Source: a virus
IMG/VR virus record: IMGVR_UViG_3300025158_000005
DNA: 64,000 bases
Strand: one strand, 5' to 3'
Below are positions 16,959 to 26,258 of the stretch, piece after piece; positions within the stretch are counted from its first letter, which is position 1, and each line of letters begins with the position of its first letter. The notes beneath the pieces were generated by a model. The model ran no database searches. It saw only the letters and a list, made by a program, of their open reading frames with translations, and had not been told where the DNA came from. The position numbers and the translations under genes are program-made.

Positions 16959-18400
16959 GAAGCAACCAACGGCGTTACGGCTTGTTCAGTCGAATTTCTA
17001 ACGCATTGAACGGTCATCTTATGTTGGTTAGGTGACAATCTATGATGAATGGCTGTTACTAACCAGTTACCACTTGTCTTTGTATCATCCACATTCAATG
17101 ATTGCCCGGTGGCGGGATCAACGTCTTGAGTATAATTACCTTGATTTATATTGATCATGTCACCAACTTCTAGCCAACTTCTTCCCCATATGTCGATATC
17201 AATCTGATTCATTTCTAGGAAATTGAATGCGGGAATTCGACTCAAGGTGGAATATTTTTCATAATCATCTGGTAGATCATGAGTCAATCGATTCATGTCC
17301 GTGACGGCAATGTTCGCATCTGGAGCGATGTTGTATAGTTGTGGATTTGACGGGTCTGCTAGTGACTTTGGATATTCAGGAAGAATTGAGGTGCTACTAT
17401 CAGAAGTTGCCCCAAAGTTGTAAGTATACGTATCATGATATGACCAGACGGAGGTATTCAATGTCTTCAAGAACATGTCATTATTGAAAGAGGTCTGCCC
17501 GTATGCTCTGTTCAAGAATGCTGTCAGATTGTCAACGATCTTTCGGTGTCTTAGATCGATTATTTTGATCATCATTTCTTGTGGGACGCCATTCGATTGT
17601 GAGTGATCCCAGTTGAAGTAATCGACAGGATCATCACGGAATAGTTCACCGAATGCTTGAAAGTAGTATGCTTGACTTGATTCATAGAATACGTAGTCTG
17701 CCACAGGAAATTGGGTATTACCATCGTCTCTAACTGCCATTTTTTCACACCACTTGATGCACTCGAAGGTGGACCATTGCGGGGATACGAATTTGACCTG
17801 GTTCAATTGATCTGTTTCGATTGTTGCTCCGTCTTCGGTTGTACCCTGATTCCAATACGTTGCTCCTGGACCGTTAGTATTTCCTTGAGAAGACGAATTC
17901 ATAGGAACAGTCTTATCGTAGGCATCCCAGTTTTGTGCGATTGTCAGAATCTGGGCGATGATCTGCCCTGGTGTTCCCTTGAATGCTCCATTGATCGAAT
18001 TTCTCACGTCTGCATATGCATCATTGGAAATGAAGTGTAGTTTGTACGTTTGCTTATTACCTGTGATCGTTCTGTCAGAGACTTTGAAGACCTTGAACAC
18101 TTTTTCGACTGTATTGGTTACACCGGGGGTTCTGAAACCTAGAAAAAGAGTTTCCATTCCGATGATGGGCAATCTCGAAATCAAGTTATGTGTGTCTACG
18201 ATAACCATGTTGCCGTACATCGTCGGGCTCATGATATCTTCATAGAGATTTATTTCTGGAGACAAACCCAGAAGATCGACCGTATACGCAGGATCAATCG
18301 GCACTGAACCGAAGTTGGTCAGACTGCAATATAACCAAGTAACGTCACCTCCAGCAGTTAATGTGCCAGCGGATCCCGTCGAATCATAACTGGGGGTCAT
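16955..18400 (-). CDS. baseplate hub protein (gp27-like)
   Basis: INLYEDI.SP...G...I.D...LPIIG.E, Y.LHF.S, FYES...Y.F, SGNWLVTAIHH. Confidence 0.8.
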   Translation of the reverse strand: MTPSYDSTGSAGTLTAGGDVTWLYCSLTNFGSVPIDPAYTVDLLGLSPEINLYEDIMSPTMYGNMVIVDTHNLISRLPIIGMETLFLGFRTPGVTNTVEKVFKVFKVSDRTITGNKQTYKLHFISNDAYADVRNSINGAFKGTPGQIIAQILTIAQNWDAYDKTVPMNSSSQGNTNGPGATYWNQGTTEDGATIETDQLNQVKFVSPQWSTFECIKWCEKMAVRDDGNTQFPVADYVFYESSQAYYFQAFGELFRDDPVDYFNWDHSQSNGVPQEMMIKIIDLRHRKIVDNLTAFLNRAYGQTSFNNDMFLKTLNTSVWSYHDTYTYNFGATSDSSTSILPEYPKSLADPSNPQLYNIAPDANIAVTDMNRLTHDLPDDYEKYSTLSRIPAFNFLEMNQIDIDIWGRSWLEVGDMININQGNYTQDVDPATGQSLNVDDTKTSGNWLVTAIHHRLSPNQHKMTVQCVRNSTEQAVTPLVAS

Positions 18401-18933
18401 ATAGCGGAACTCATTTTCTTCAAGTACATATTGACAAAGGTTGCCAGATATGATGGTTGCAGGACTCTAATGACTCGCTTCTTTTCGTTAAGAATACTTT
18501 CCCATTGAAAGTTTGAGACTGCGGTAACTGGTCCAGAATATGTCGTTGCGGTACTTACATCATTAATTCCATAAGGTGCAACAATATTATTATAATCGTC
18601 AATGAGATAAACCAATGCATTTATTGAATCTCCGTATATGTCGGTACAATAATCGACTAATTCATTTTGAGAAAGACACCAATCAGAATATACATCATAT
18701 ATGTTATTGATAATTAGAATAACCCAGAAATAGTGTGGATTTCCATAAAGTTTATTGGAAATGTCTTCGGGTGCCTCACCGTCGAGAATGGTGTATGGAC
18801 TTGTAACCGAAATGAGGTCTTTGTCCGACATGTTGAGTAGGACACGTGCTGTAATATCTCTGACGCTGAACGGAACTGTGGTGTTGCCGTCAAGCAATGG
18901 AAATATGATAGGATTGAGTGTGTCTAGGTACAT
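18397..18933 (-). CDS. 53: baseplate wedge protein gp53
   Basis: Y.I.DGE.PE.IS.KLYGNPHYFWVILIINNI...W (LysM-like); NEKKR.IRVL. Confidence 0.9.
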   Translation of the reverse strand: MYLDTLNPIIFPLLDGNTTVPFSVRDITARVLLNMSDKDLISVTSPYTILDGEAPEDISNKLYGNPHYFWVILIINNIYDVYSDWCLSQNELVDYCTDIYGDSINALVYLIDDYNNIVAPYGINDVSTATTYSGPVTAVSNFQWESILNEKKRVIRVLQPSYLATFVNMYLKKMSSAI

Positions 18934-18960
18934 ATCTGATTGATTCTTATGATGTTCTGA

Positions 18961-18995
18961 TATTTATTGGCAATAAATGTGTTGATGTGTAAAAT
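18961..18995. promoter_or_regulatory. overlapping divergent promoters: late ATAAATA (- strand, gene 53) and early TTGGCA-17-TAAAAT (+ strand, denV)
   Basis: TATTTAT at 18961-18967; TTGGCAATAAAT family member starting at 18967. Confidence 0.65.
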
Positions 18996-19039
18996 GAACA
19001 CACTACTTGAATGCATGAAGAATGCGTTGAATATTCTAA

Positions 19040-19462
19040 ATGACCAGAATCAATCTAGTACCTCCATCTGAACTTTACGATCAGCATTTGTTCGCGGAAT
19101 TTCGTGAAATCAAGATGGTGCCGAAAGCGCTGTCAAGAAGAATAAATGCACATGGATTCCATGGCGTACTTTCTCGAATTCCAAAAGAATTCACCCTAGG
19201 CAAGGGCCATGTCATGTTCTTCTATGATAAGGGCAGGTATCTTAAATTTAGATATCAAAGTATTAGGGAGGAGTTAGACCGTCGCGGTATTTGTTTCAAC
19301 AGAGAGTCCAGATTGGATCCTGACTTGATATTTGAAAATCCGTTGTTCAATAAAGGATATACTCCAACAAATGGAGCACTTGATCTTATTCAAGCAAAGA
19401 ACAGAGAAAAGATCGCACTCAAACCGGATTGGTACAGAATGGCAAACGGAAGATTCTTATGA
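19040..19462 (+). CDS. denV: pyrimidine-dimer DNA glycosylase / endonuclease V
   Basis: MTRINLVPPSEL.DQHL.AE.REI, FTLGKGHVMFFYDK, EL.RRG, KPDWY. Confidence 0.95.
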   Translation: MTRINLVPPSELYDQHLFAEFREIKMVPKALSRRINAHGFHGVLSRIPKEFTLGKGHVMFFYDKGRYLKFRYQSIREELDRRGICFNRESRLDPDLIFENPLFNKGYTPTNGALDLIQAKNREKIALKPDWYRMANGRFL

Positions 19463-19523
19463 CAATATTATTTGTGATAATTATTATCTTGTTTATCGTA
19501 AGTCTTTATTACGATTTTCTAGA

Positions 19524-20597
19524 TTAAAATCCTCGCGCCACGTCGTTTTTGAGCAATGGCTGGGTTTCTGAGATGGTCAGAGCCAAATCAATTTGTGCAG
19601 GTGCACCGCTATTCGCCAAGAACGAATATTGGTTATTAGGTGAATAATCCGTGTCCACACTCAGAATAACGCAGGTTGATATCTTAGGCAGCCATGCATT
19701 CTGAGTATAATTATTTCCGTTTTTGGTATACCATTCAACGTCAATATGCCCTGGGAATGTCAAGTACGTGCCTTGTGCGCCAACATCATCATATGATGGA
19801 GACGCATGGAAGCGCATCAGACGAATGATAAGATCAATCGAATATAACTCTGTCATATTTCGAGGAACGAGCGTCCAAGAGAACTGGAACTTTCTTCGTT
19901 GCATGTTATTGAACGTCATGTCGTTATAGGTATTCTGAACAGACTTTGTTATCGCGTTTCCAAGACCAGTTCCTTTACTTGTCGCATTCAAACCAGCAAT
20001 TGCGCCCTCTCGGGCTAACGTGCTAGTCATATTGCCAATACCAAGACCACCTTCGGAAGACTGCGTACCAAGCAGACCAATCGCGTTTGGTTCAGAATTC
20101 AACTCCGCCCAGTTTGCACCAGTATCGTACTTGATTGAGTTTGGATAGAGCATCCAGATTCCAGATGATGTACGTTCATAATTCTTTACTCCAGACTGCA
20201 AATAATCGGAGATGGTCGATCCTTTTTGACCTACCAGTTTATTCATTAACGCACCCATTTGTGCCTGTTGCAACATGTCTTGATACGCCATGTTGCCGGG
20301 CGGTACTGGTCCGCTATCTCCACCAAGCATGGACAGATAATTAACGTTCATCGAACCGCTGTTCGACTGCTGGAATACATTCGTCACTTCATCAAAGTAA
20401 ATCATCATCATATTTGTCAGAGAATCTCCTTGAGGATACTGATATATGCCGTCCAGATCGGGATTTAGGTATGGGATCGTATAGTTCGCGGGATTAATCG
20501 AACTATTATACTCAACCGTAGGAGTATTTCCCTTGCCGTCAGCAGTAGGAACAGTAACAGAAGCGTTGCTGGTCCATTTGGGTTGAAGTAGTGCCAT
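19524..20597 (-). CDS. 48: baseplate tail-tube cap gp48
   Basis: F....RRKFQFSWTLVPRN..E...I..II..MRFHA.P, CV...V..DYSPN, L...E; start ATG 20597. Confidence 0.8.
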   Translation of the reverse strand: MALLQPKWTSNASVTVPTADGKGNTPTVEYNSSINPANYTIPYLNPDLDGIYQYPQGDSLTNMMMIYFDEVTNVFQQSNSGSMNVNYLSMLGGDSGPVPPGNMAYQDMLQQAQMGALMNKLVGQKGSTISDYLQSGVKNYERTSSGIWMLYPNSIKYDTGANWAELNSEPNAIGLLGTQSSEGGLGIGNMTSTLAREGAIAGLNATSKGTGLGNAITKSVQNTYNDMTFNNMQRRKFQFSWTLVPRNMTELYSIDLIIRLMRFHASPSYDDVGAQGTYLTFPGHIDVEWYTKNGNNYTQNAWLPKISTCVILSVDTDYSPNNQYSFLANSGAPAQIDLALTISETQPLLKNDVARGF

Positions 20598-20612
20598 TCC
20601 GCGAATACCTTG

Positions 20613-20645
20613 ATAAATAGTAAGATGATTGTATGGAGTATTTAT
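20613..20645. promoter_or_regulatory. crossed late promoters ATAAATA (+ at 20613, - at 20639-45)
   Basis: T4-type late -10 boxes serving the divergent genes 4 and 48. Confidence 0.6.
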
Positions 20646-21108
20646 GAGTAAGTTTCTACAAGGCAAGTTCAATCCTAAGCATCCTGAAAAGTATGTCGGA
20701 GACCCTAAGAATATTCAGATTAGATCGTCATATGAACTCCGAGCAATGATGTGGTTAGATGATAATCCGGCAGTCATAAAATGGGGTAGCGAAGAATTTC
20801 ATATTCCCTATGTGAAACCAACTGACGGGAAAATTCACCGGTACTTCCCAGACATTGTTTTCCAATATAAAGCAGCAGACGGTTCGATTAGAAAAGTCTT
20901 GGTGGAGATAAAGCCGGAGGTTCAGACAAGACCTCCTAAACTTGCGACAACCAAGACGGGTAAAGCGAGTAGACGGTATTTGAATGAAGCAATGACATAT
21001 GCCACTAACATGGCAAAATGGGAAGCGGCTCAATCGTGGTGCAAGAAGAACGGTTTTGAGTGGATGATTTGGGATGAATACGCACTAGGAATAAAGACGA
21101 GAAAATGA
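20644..21108 (+). CDS. 4: head completion nuclease gp4
   Basis: GKFNPKHPEKYVGD, RSSYE, WGSEE..IPY, HRYFPD, VEIKP, NMAKWEAA. Confidence 0.95.
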   Translation: MSKFLQGKFNPKHPEKYVGDPKNIQIRSSYELRAMMWLDDNPAVIKWGSEEFHIPYVKPTDGKIHRYFPDIVFQYKAADGSIRKVLVEIKPEVQTRPPKLATTKTGKASRRYLNEAMTYATNMAKWEAAQSWCKKNGFEWMIWDEYALGIKTRK

Positions 21109-21800
21109 GTGACAACCAACTATTTGATAGAATAAAGAAGGATCCTAACTACACCAACAGAAATTCGTGGATGTGGTTTCGTGGCAAGGTGCAGACTCTC
21201 TTGGGAGGCGGCAAGATATCGTCTATGCAAATGCTTTCCATGAGTCAAGATCAACTGACTGCGCAAATTCTACCAGGAAAAATGTACGCATTTGTTTATG
21301 ACCCTAAGTACAAGGAAACGCTGCCATACTACGATAACTTTCCGTTAGTACTTCCGTTTCACATGGACGCGAAACACGTATGGGCGTTGAATCTGCATTA
21401 TCTACCCTATCAACATCGTCTTATTCTCTTGAATAAATTGATGCAGTTCGCGGTGCATTACAAGGAAGGCACTACGCTAAGACCTAACCCTAACAGAAAG
21501 ACGAATCAAGAGGGAAGCGTGATCAGACCTAAACCTGCTAGAACAGCCACACCAACGGTAGGACCAGAGAACGTTGCACAATTAAAATTCTCGTGGAATC
21601 TAATCAGCAACTACGCAAAGTTCCCTGAGGTACAATCTGCTGTCAAGTGTTATTTGAAAGGTCGCGTAAAGTCCAGATTCATCTTGATTCCTCCTGATGA
21701 CTGGGCAATCGCAGCCATGATGCCAATGGCTAACTTCAAAAAGCAATCGGAAGCAAACGTCTGGAAAGCAACGATGGATATTATCAAGGGTAGAGAATGA
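21105..21800 (+). CDS. 2: DNA end protector gp2
   Basis: GKMY.F.YDPKYKETLPYYD.FPLV, LNLHYLP, VKCYL...VKS.F. Confidence 0.93.
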   Translation: MSDNQLFDRIKKDPNYTNRNSWMWFRGKVQTLLGGGKISSMQMLSMSQDQLTAQILPGKMYAFVYDPKYKETLPYYDNFPLVLPFHMDAKHVWALNLHYLPYQHRLILLNKLMQFAVHYKEGTTLRPNPNRKTNQEGSVIRPKPARTATPTVGPENVAQLKFSWNLISNYAKFPEVQSAVKCYLKGRVKSRFILIPPDDWAIAAMMPMANFKKQSEANVWKATMDIIKGRE

Positions 21801-22384
21801 GCAGTTATAACGCATTTCATAATCTGATCAACAAGTTCAATCTTGCACGAGCGAATCAGTATATGGTCTTTATTGAACCTCCCTCTGCACTTGGTGCGAC
21901 CTCTGATCAACTCGACCTAACAAAACTATTTTGTGAGTCCGCATCGATTCCTCCAAAGAATATGATGACTTCTCCGGTGAGAATCGAACATGCGCATTTT
22001 GAAGTTCCATACGGTATTTCTTATGACCCAGTTATCTTGAATTTCTATCTGGACGAAAAGTTCTTGATCAGAGACTTTTTCGTGAGATGGCACGATCTAG
22101 TCTATTCTGACGGTGATCATTCTCTAGGATTTTATGATAATTACGTGGGTAACGTCACGATTGCCGCGAAGGATAAATTACAACTGGGAACAATCTCCAG
22201 CGGTAATCCTGATTCGGGTTCGAACGTGGAATCATTCAACCAAAACGATAGTAATTATAGATCAATGTTGATCCAAGCATATCCAAAAACTGTTGGATCT
22301 GTTCAGTTTTCCGCAACTGGACAAGGAGAAGTCGCAACCATGCAAGTCGAATTCGTTTATCAAGAATTGGTAGAAATGCAATGA
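21797..22384 (+). CDS. tail-tube initiator gp54-like (gp19 fold)
   Basis: ARANQY.V, CESASIP, PY...Y..V.L.F, FF..W, AYP..V. Confidence 0.75.
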   Translation: MSSYNAFHNLINKFNLARANQYMVFIEPPSALGATSDQLDLTKLFCESASIPPKNMMTSPVRIEHAHFEVPYGISYDPVILNFYLDEKFLIRDFFVRWHDLVYSDGDHSLGFYDNYVGNVTIAAKDKLQLGTISSGNPDSGSNVESFNQNDSNYRSMLIQAYPKTVGSVQFSATGQGEVATMQVEFVYQELVEMQ

Positions 22385-22551
22385 CTACACTAGAACAACA
22401 AGCACCACAGACGCTTCCGGGAATTCCCACTATCGCTGGCATCTATAACACAGAAGATCCAGAATTGACTCCTCTTACCCAGGAGCAGATTCTGAACTTA
22501 ATACGTAAGCAACAAGCAGACATAAACGACACATTCAACAAAGAAAAGTGA
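22381..22551 (+). CDS. 56-aa hypothetical protein
   Basis: MTTLEQQAPQTLPG...; ATGA overlap with the upstream gene. Confidence 0.5.
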   Translation: MTTLEQQAPQTLPGIPTIAGIYNTEDPELTPLTQEQILNLIRKQQADINDTFNKEK

Positions 22552-22559
22552 GTATAAAC

Positions 22560-23237
22560 ATGAGCATTCCAGTTCCAGTAGTTCCAAAATATGACGTAGT
22601 TCTTCCCGTTTCCAAGAAGAAAGTACAGTATCGTCCATTTCTAGTCCGTGAGGAGAAAATTCTTCTCATGGCATCCGGCAACATTCAAGAAATGGAACTT
22701 GCTGTCAAGCAGGTCCTTGAGAATTGCACGTTCAACGCAATTGACGTTGGTTCGCTGCCGATGGCAGACGTTGAGCTACTTTTCATTAAGATTCGCGCAC
22801 GTAGCATTGCCGAAACGATTGATTCTACTGTCGAATGCAACAAGTGTAAAACCAAGATTGGATACACGATTGAACTTGACAAGACCGCCGTTGTCAATAA
22901 CGTCACCACAAATGACGTAAAGATCGATGATAATATCATCGTGACAATGGGATATCCTACGCTTGATATGTCAATGGGGTCCGTGGGTGAACCGTTGATC
23001 GTAACCGCTGAGTTGATCCAGATGATTACCATGGGTGAAAACGTATTCGAAGGTAGAGATTTCACGACCGATCAACGGGTTGAATGGTTGAACAATCTAA
23101 CAAAACACCAACTTGATAAATTGACAGAATATCTGAATACGCTTCCTAAGTTGGTGTATGATGATCATATCAAGTGCACATGCGGTAATCCCATTCATGT
23201 CCATATGGAGGGCATATCCGATTTTTTCGGACTATAG
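22560..23237 (+). CDS. 26: baseplate hub / tail assembly protein gp26
   Basis: PKYDVVLP..KKKVQYRPFLVREEKILLMA, D.E.LF.KIRARS..E, CxxC, C.CG, EG..DFF. Confidence 0.9.
   Translation: MSIPVPVVPKYDVVLPVSKKKVQYRPFLVREEKILLMASGNIQEMELAVKQVLENCTFNAIDVGSLPMADVELLFIKIRARSIAETIDSTVECNKCKTKIGYTIELDKTAVVNNVTTNDVKIDDNIIVTMGYPTLDMSMGSVGEPLIVTAELIQMITMGENVFEGRDFTTDQRVEWLNNLTKHQLDKLTEYLNTLPKLVYDDHIKCTCGNPIHVHMEGISDFFGL
23222..23228 (+). promoter_or_regulatory. putative -1 ribosomal frameshift site T TTT TTC
   Basis: In-frame X XXY YYZ heptamer just before the gp26 stop; the -1 frame reads into the gp51-like ORF. Confidence 0.65.
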
Positions 23238-23398
23238 TGGACAGCCACAATGACTTAGAAAACTACATCAAGACGGTATTCAACATGCAGTATTTTCATC
23301 GTTGGTCCGTCACAGAAATCGAAAACCTAATTCCTTTTGAGTTGGACGTTTATATCGCATTACTACAGCAGCAAAAAGAAAAAGAGAAGAAGAAATGA
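23237..23398 (+). CDS. gp51-like baseplate hub assembly protein (probably the frameshift extension of gp26)
   Basis: LENYIKTVFNMQYFHRWSVTEIENLIPFELDVYIALL; only a GTG start and no clear RBS. Confidence 0.8.
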   Translation: MDSHNDLENYIKTVFNMQYFHRWSVTEIENLIPFELDVYIALLQQQKEKEKKK

Positions 23399-25860
23399 CA
23401 CCCCAGCAAAATACCGTTGATGAACTGAATTTTTTAGAAGCACTCAACGAACCAAAGTTTCAGATCACGACTCCTGAGGAGATCGGGCGTCTGTTGGATA
23501 TCATTTTTGACGATAGACTAAACAAGGAAATTCTTGCTATCGCCTCAATGCTTGTTTCTGCTAAGTTGGATGAATTCAAGGGATTGAAAAGGGGAAATGC
23601 TGCGGCCGCTGGCTTCATCAAAGACAAAGTGAAGGAAGCATGGAAGAAATCCGAAGAACGTTCTGGGCTACTAGGTAGATTCGTATTCGTAAAGAAGCAT
23701 CCGGATCAACGATCAGAGTTTATCAAAAACGTGATTGGTAAGTACGGATTCGACCCATTAGAATTCGCTGAGGACACATTCATTCATGGTGTTATCGATG
23801 AAGATTCTGACCCAGAGACTGATGCACAACGTGACGCGGTTCTGACTAGAATTCCGTCTCCTGCTAATGATTCTGATGAAAAAGCAAAAGCGAAGGGTAA
23901 GATAGGAAGACGCAAGAGTGGTACTCCACAACCAGGCGACCCAGATTATTGTGCCAAGGATGATCACGTATGTAAGAGAAGAAGATATGCATCCAAGTTT
24001 GGTAAGAATGCGTTATCTGGTGTTGGGGGTTCAATTGCGGCTGTTGCATTGGGTCATGGTGGATTGATTGGTGGTGTAGCATCGTCAATTATTGCTCTCA
24101 AGAAATTGCGTGATTGGTCAACCACTAAGGATTCATATGATGAAGAAACTACTCCAGAAGCAACCGCTGAGAAGATTCAAGCACCCGCTGAAACTCCTGC
24201 AACAACCAATGATCAACCTGCTCCAGAGAAACCGAAGTCACTATGGCAGAAGACTAAAGATTATCTAAAGAGCCAACATGAAGACTACAAGACTGCACTG
24301 GCTAAGACCTCAGAGCAGCGGGAGAGACAGATTGAGCAGCAACTAAACACCACGACAAATAGTGCATCAAATCAATCAGTTACGAACAACGACAACTCCA
24401 GTAACGACAACTCCAGTTCCTTTTCGAATACGGTTTCGCCTATCGTAACGAACAACAATCTTCAGGTTGCATCTGAGCAAGCAAGGGAAGATCGCGTCGC
24501 ACCTGCACCCATTGAGAATGCAGAGAAGAAAGTTATTCCAGAAGGAAAGGTTCTTCAGCACGTTTCTGGACACACGAGAAAGAGCGGAACCGAAGTCGAT
24601 GGTTATGATCGATATGTGAAGCCAAAAAAGGCCGAGACAGAAGAAGAACGTCTGAATGAAATGGAAAACGCGGAACGTATGCATGAAACGCATACCGCAA
24701 AAGAAAATGAGCCCAACGCATTTAAAAATATAGTCGCCCCTGATACGGGTTCAGAAATCAGTCGAGAAGAAGCGATTGAAGAAAAATCCGACGAGCAAAA
24801 AAAGATGCTTGGTGTATTGACTAAGATCGAGGAAAACACTCGCAAAGACAGCAAGGGATCGTTCGGATCATCCAGTGATAAGTCTTCTGATAAAGAATCA
24901 ACTGCGTCCAAAGCGGGTTCCTTGGCCAAGGAATTCGGTGAAGACATTCTAGAATATCTTGGCATGAAGAAACTGGTTGGCAAGTTCAAGGGAGCAAAGA
25001 AGACATTCGATAAAGTCAAGGGCAGATTCACTAAGCCGAAGATCAATCCTATGGAAGCAGCGAAGATTCCGAAGGGTTTGCCAGCGCGCGCGGTCGGTGG
25101 ATTAGCTGCTGGCGGTGAAGCTGCCGCCGGCGCAGGAGTACTAGGTTTACTAGGTACCGCAGTTGGATCAGTAGGTGCGGGCACACTTGCTCTTGGAGTA
25201 GCGGGCGCTGGGTTGATTGGTTACGGCATTGGGGGATTGATCAACGATAATATGGATAAGGGACCCGGCAGTACGTATGATAAAATAATTAGGTCTCTCG
25301 TATCGGAAGATGATGCTAAGAAAGCGACGGCACCGGTATCAAAGAAAGAAATGGAAGCGTATCGAAACTCGCCTGAGGGCAAGGCCAAGATTGCTGCTAG
25401 AAATGCTGCAAAGACAAGCCCTGCGACTGATGTAGTAAAACCACAACCTGCTCCAACTGCTAAAACTGATCGCAGTAAAATGACGCATGTTGAGTTAGCG
25501 GATGATATTGATAAGAACAACGACGAAACCGATACGGTAACTGTAAATGGTAAAAAGGTCTCCTTGAGTTCGCCAGAAGCCGTTGCTGCTAGAAATAAAC
25601 TACAAAGTCAACTATCTCAACAGACTACCCCTGCACCTAATGCCTTGGGTAATATCAGATCATCTATGTCCGACGGAACGAAGTATATCTCCAATGTAGG
25701 AGGAACTACTGGCAATACCACGATTATCAATCAAGCACCTCCAGCAGCAACCACCGGTTCGAAAGAAACGACCACGACTGATTATCCAAAATCAAGTGAT
25801 TCGTCATTCATGAGATACCTTGACCGTCGTTCCAACTTTGTACCCAATGGTTCATTCTAG
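23395..25860 (+). CDS. tail tape measure / gp29-like protein
   Basis: Long helical, low-complexity protein with Gly/Ala hydrophobic segments; lies between gp51 and gp25. Confidence 0.7.
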   Translation: MTPQQNTVDELNFLEALNEPKFQITTPEEIGRLLDIIFDDRLNKEILAIASMLVSAKLDEFKGLKRGNAAAAGFIKDKVKEAWKKSEERSGLLGRFVFVKKHPDQRSEFIKNVIGKYGFDPLEFAEDTFIHGVIDEDSDPETDAQRDAVLTRIPSPANDSDEKAKAKGKIGRRKSGTPQPGDPDYCAKDDHVCKRRRYASKFGKNALSGVGGSIAAVALGHGGLIGGVASSIIALKKLRDWSTTKDSYDEETTPEATAEKIQAPAETPATTNDQPAPEKPKSLWQKTKDYLKSQHEDYKTALAKTSEQRERQIEQQLNTTTNSASNQSVTNNDNSSNDNSSSFSNTVSPIVTNNNLQVASEQAREDRVAPAPIENAEKKVIPEGKVLQHVSGHTRKSGTEVDGYDRYVKPKKAETEEERLNEMENAERMHETHTAKENEPNAFKNIVAPDTGSEISREEAIEEKSDEQKKMLGVLTKIEENTRKDSKGSFGSSSDKSSDKESTASKAGSLAKEFGEDILEYLGMKKLVGKFKGAKKTFDKVKGRFTKPKINPMEAAKIPKGLPARAVGGLAAGGEAAAGAGVLGLLGTAVGSVGAGTLALGVAGAGLIGYGIGGLINDNMDKGPGSTYDKIIRSLVSEDDAKKATAPVSKKEMEAYRNSPEGKAKIAARNAAKTSPATDVVKPQPAPTAKTDRSKMTHVELADDIDKNNDETDTVTVNGKKVSLSSPEAVAARNKLQSQLSQQTTPAPNALGNIRSSMSDGTKYISNVGGTTGNTTIINQAPPAATTGSKETTTTDYPKSSDSSFMRYLDRRSNFVPNGSF

Positions 25861-25863
25861 CAG

Positions 25864-25870
25864 ATAAATA
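25864..25870 (+). promoter_or_regulatory. late promoter ATAAATA (similar boxes at 32618, 34124, 44112, 44761, 49946, 59112, 59180 and 61264)
   Basis: Recurrent (A/C)TAAATA boxes upstream of structural genes, typical of gp55 late promoters. Confidence 0.7.
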
Positions 25871-25876
25871 TCTAAT

Positions 25877-26257
25877 ATGGCATATTATCAAGATATAAAT
25901 CAGAGCATTCTCCGTAATCCCGGGTCGCATGATATCGTCAAAAAATTTGATGTTGAGTCGGTGAAACAGTCCATTAGAAACATTCTGCTAACCGCCCCGG
26001 GCGAGAAGTTATTCAATCCGCAATTCGGCGTCAATCTGAATGCCCTCTTGTTTGAATTGATGACGCCGGCGACCAAGATACTCGCTCAGAGACAAATTAT
26101 TCAAGCGATTCAGTTATGGGAACCTAGAGTGAATGTTGTCTCATGTGTGGTCGATACGACTGAGACTACATTGACCGTTGACCTAGAATTTTACGTTGTT
26201 GCTGTACCAATGACTACACCAGCAACGGTTACTATCTCCATGAATAGAGTTCGTTGA
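25877..26257 (+). CDS. 25: baseplate wedge protein gp25
   Basis: SVKQSIRNILLT.PGEK.FNP.FG, LLFE, WEPRV. Confidence 0.93.
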   Translation: MAYYQDINQSILRNPGSHDIVKKFDVESVKQSIRNILLTAPGEKLFNPQFGVNLNALLFELMTPATKILAQRQIIQAIQLWEPRVNVVSCVVDTTETTLTVDLEFYVVAVPMTTPATVTISMNRVR

Positions 26258-26258
26258 A

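Noticed and set aside
24376-25520. Long antisense ORFs opposite the tape measure gene (and similar ones opposite other structural genes)
   Set aside because: Shadow ORFs from codon bias; no RBS, promoter or motifs.
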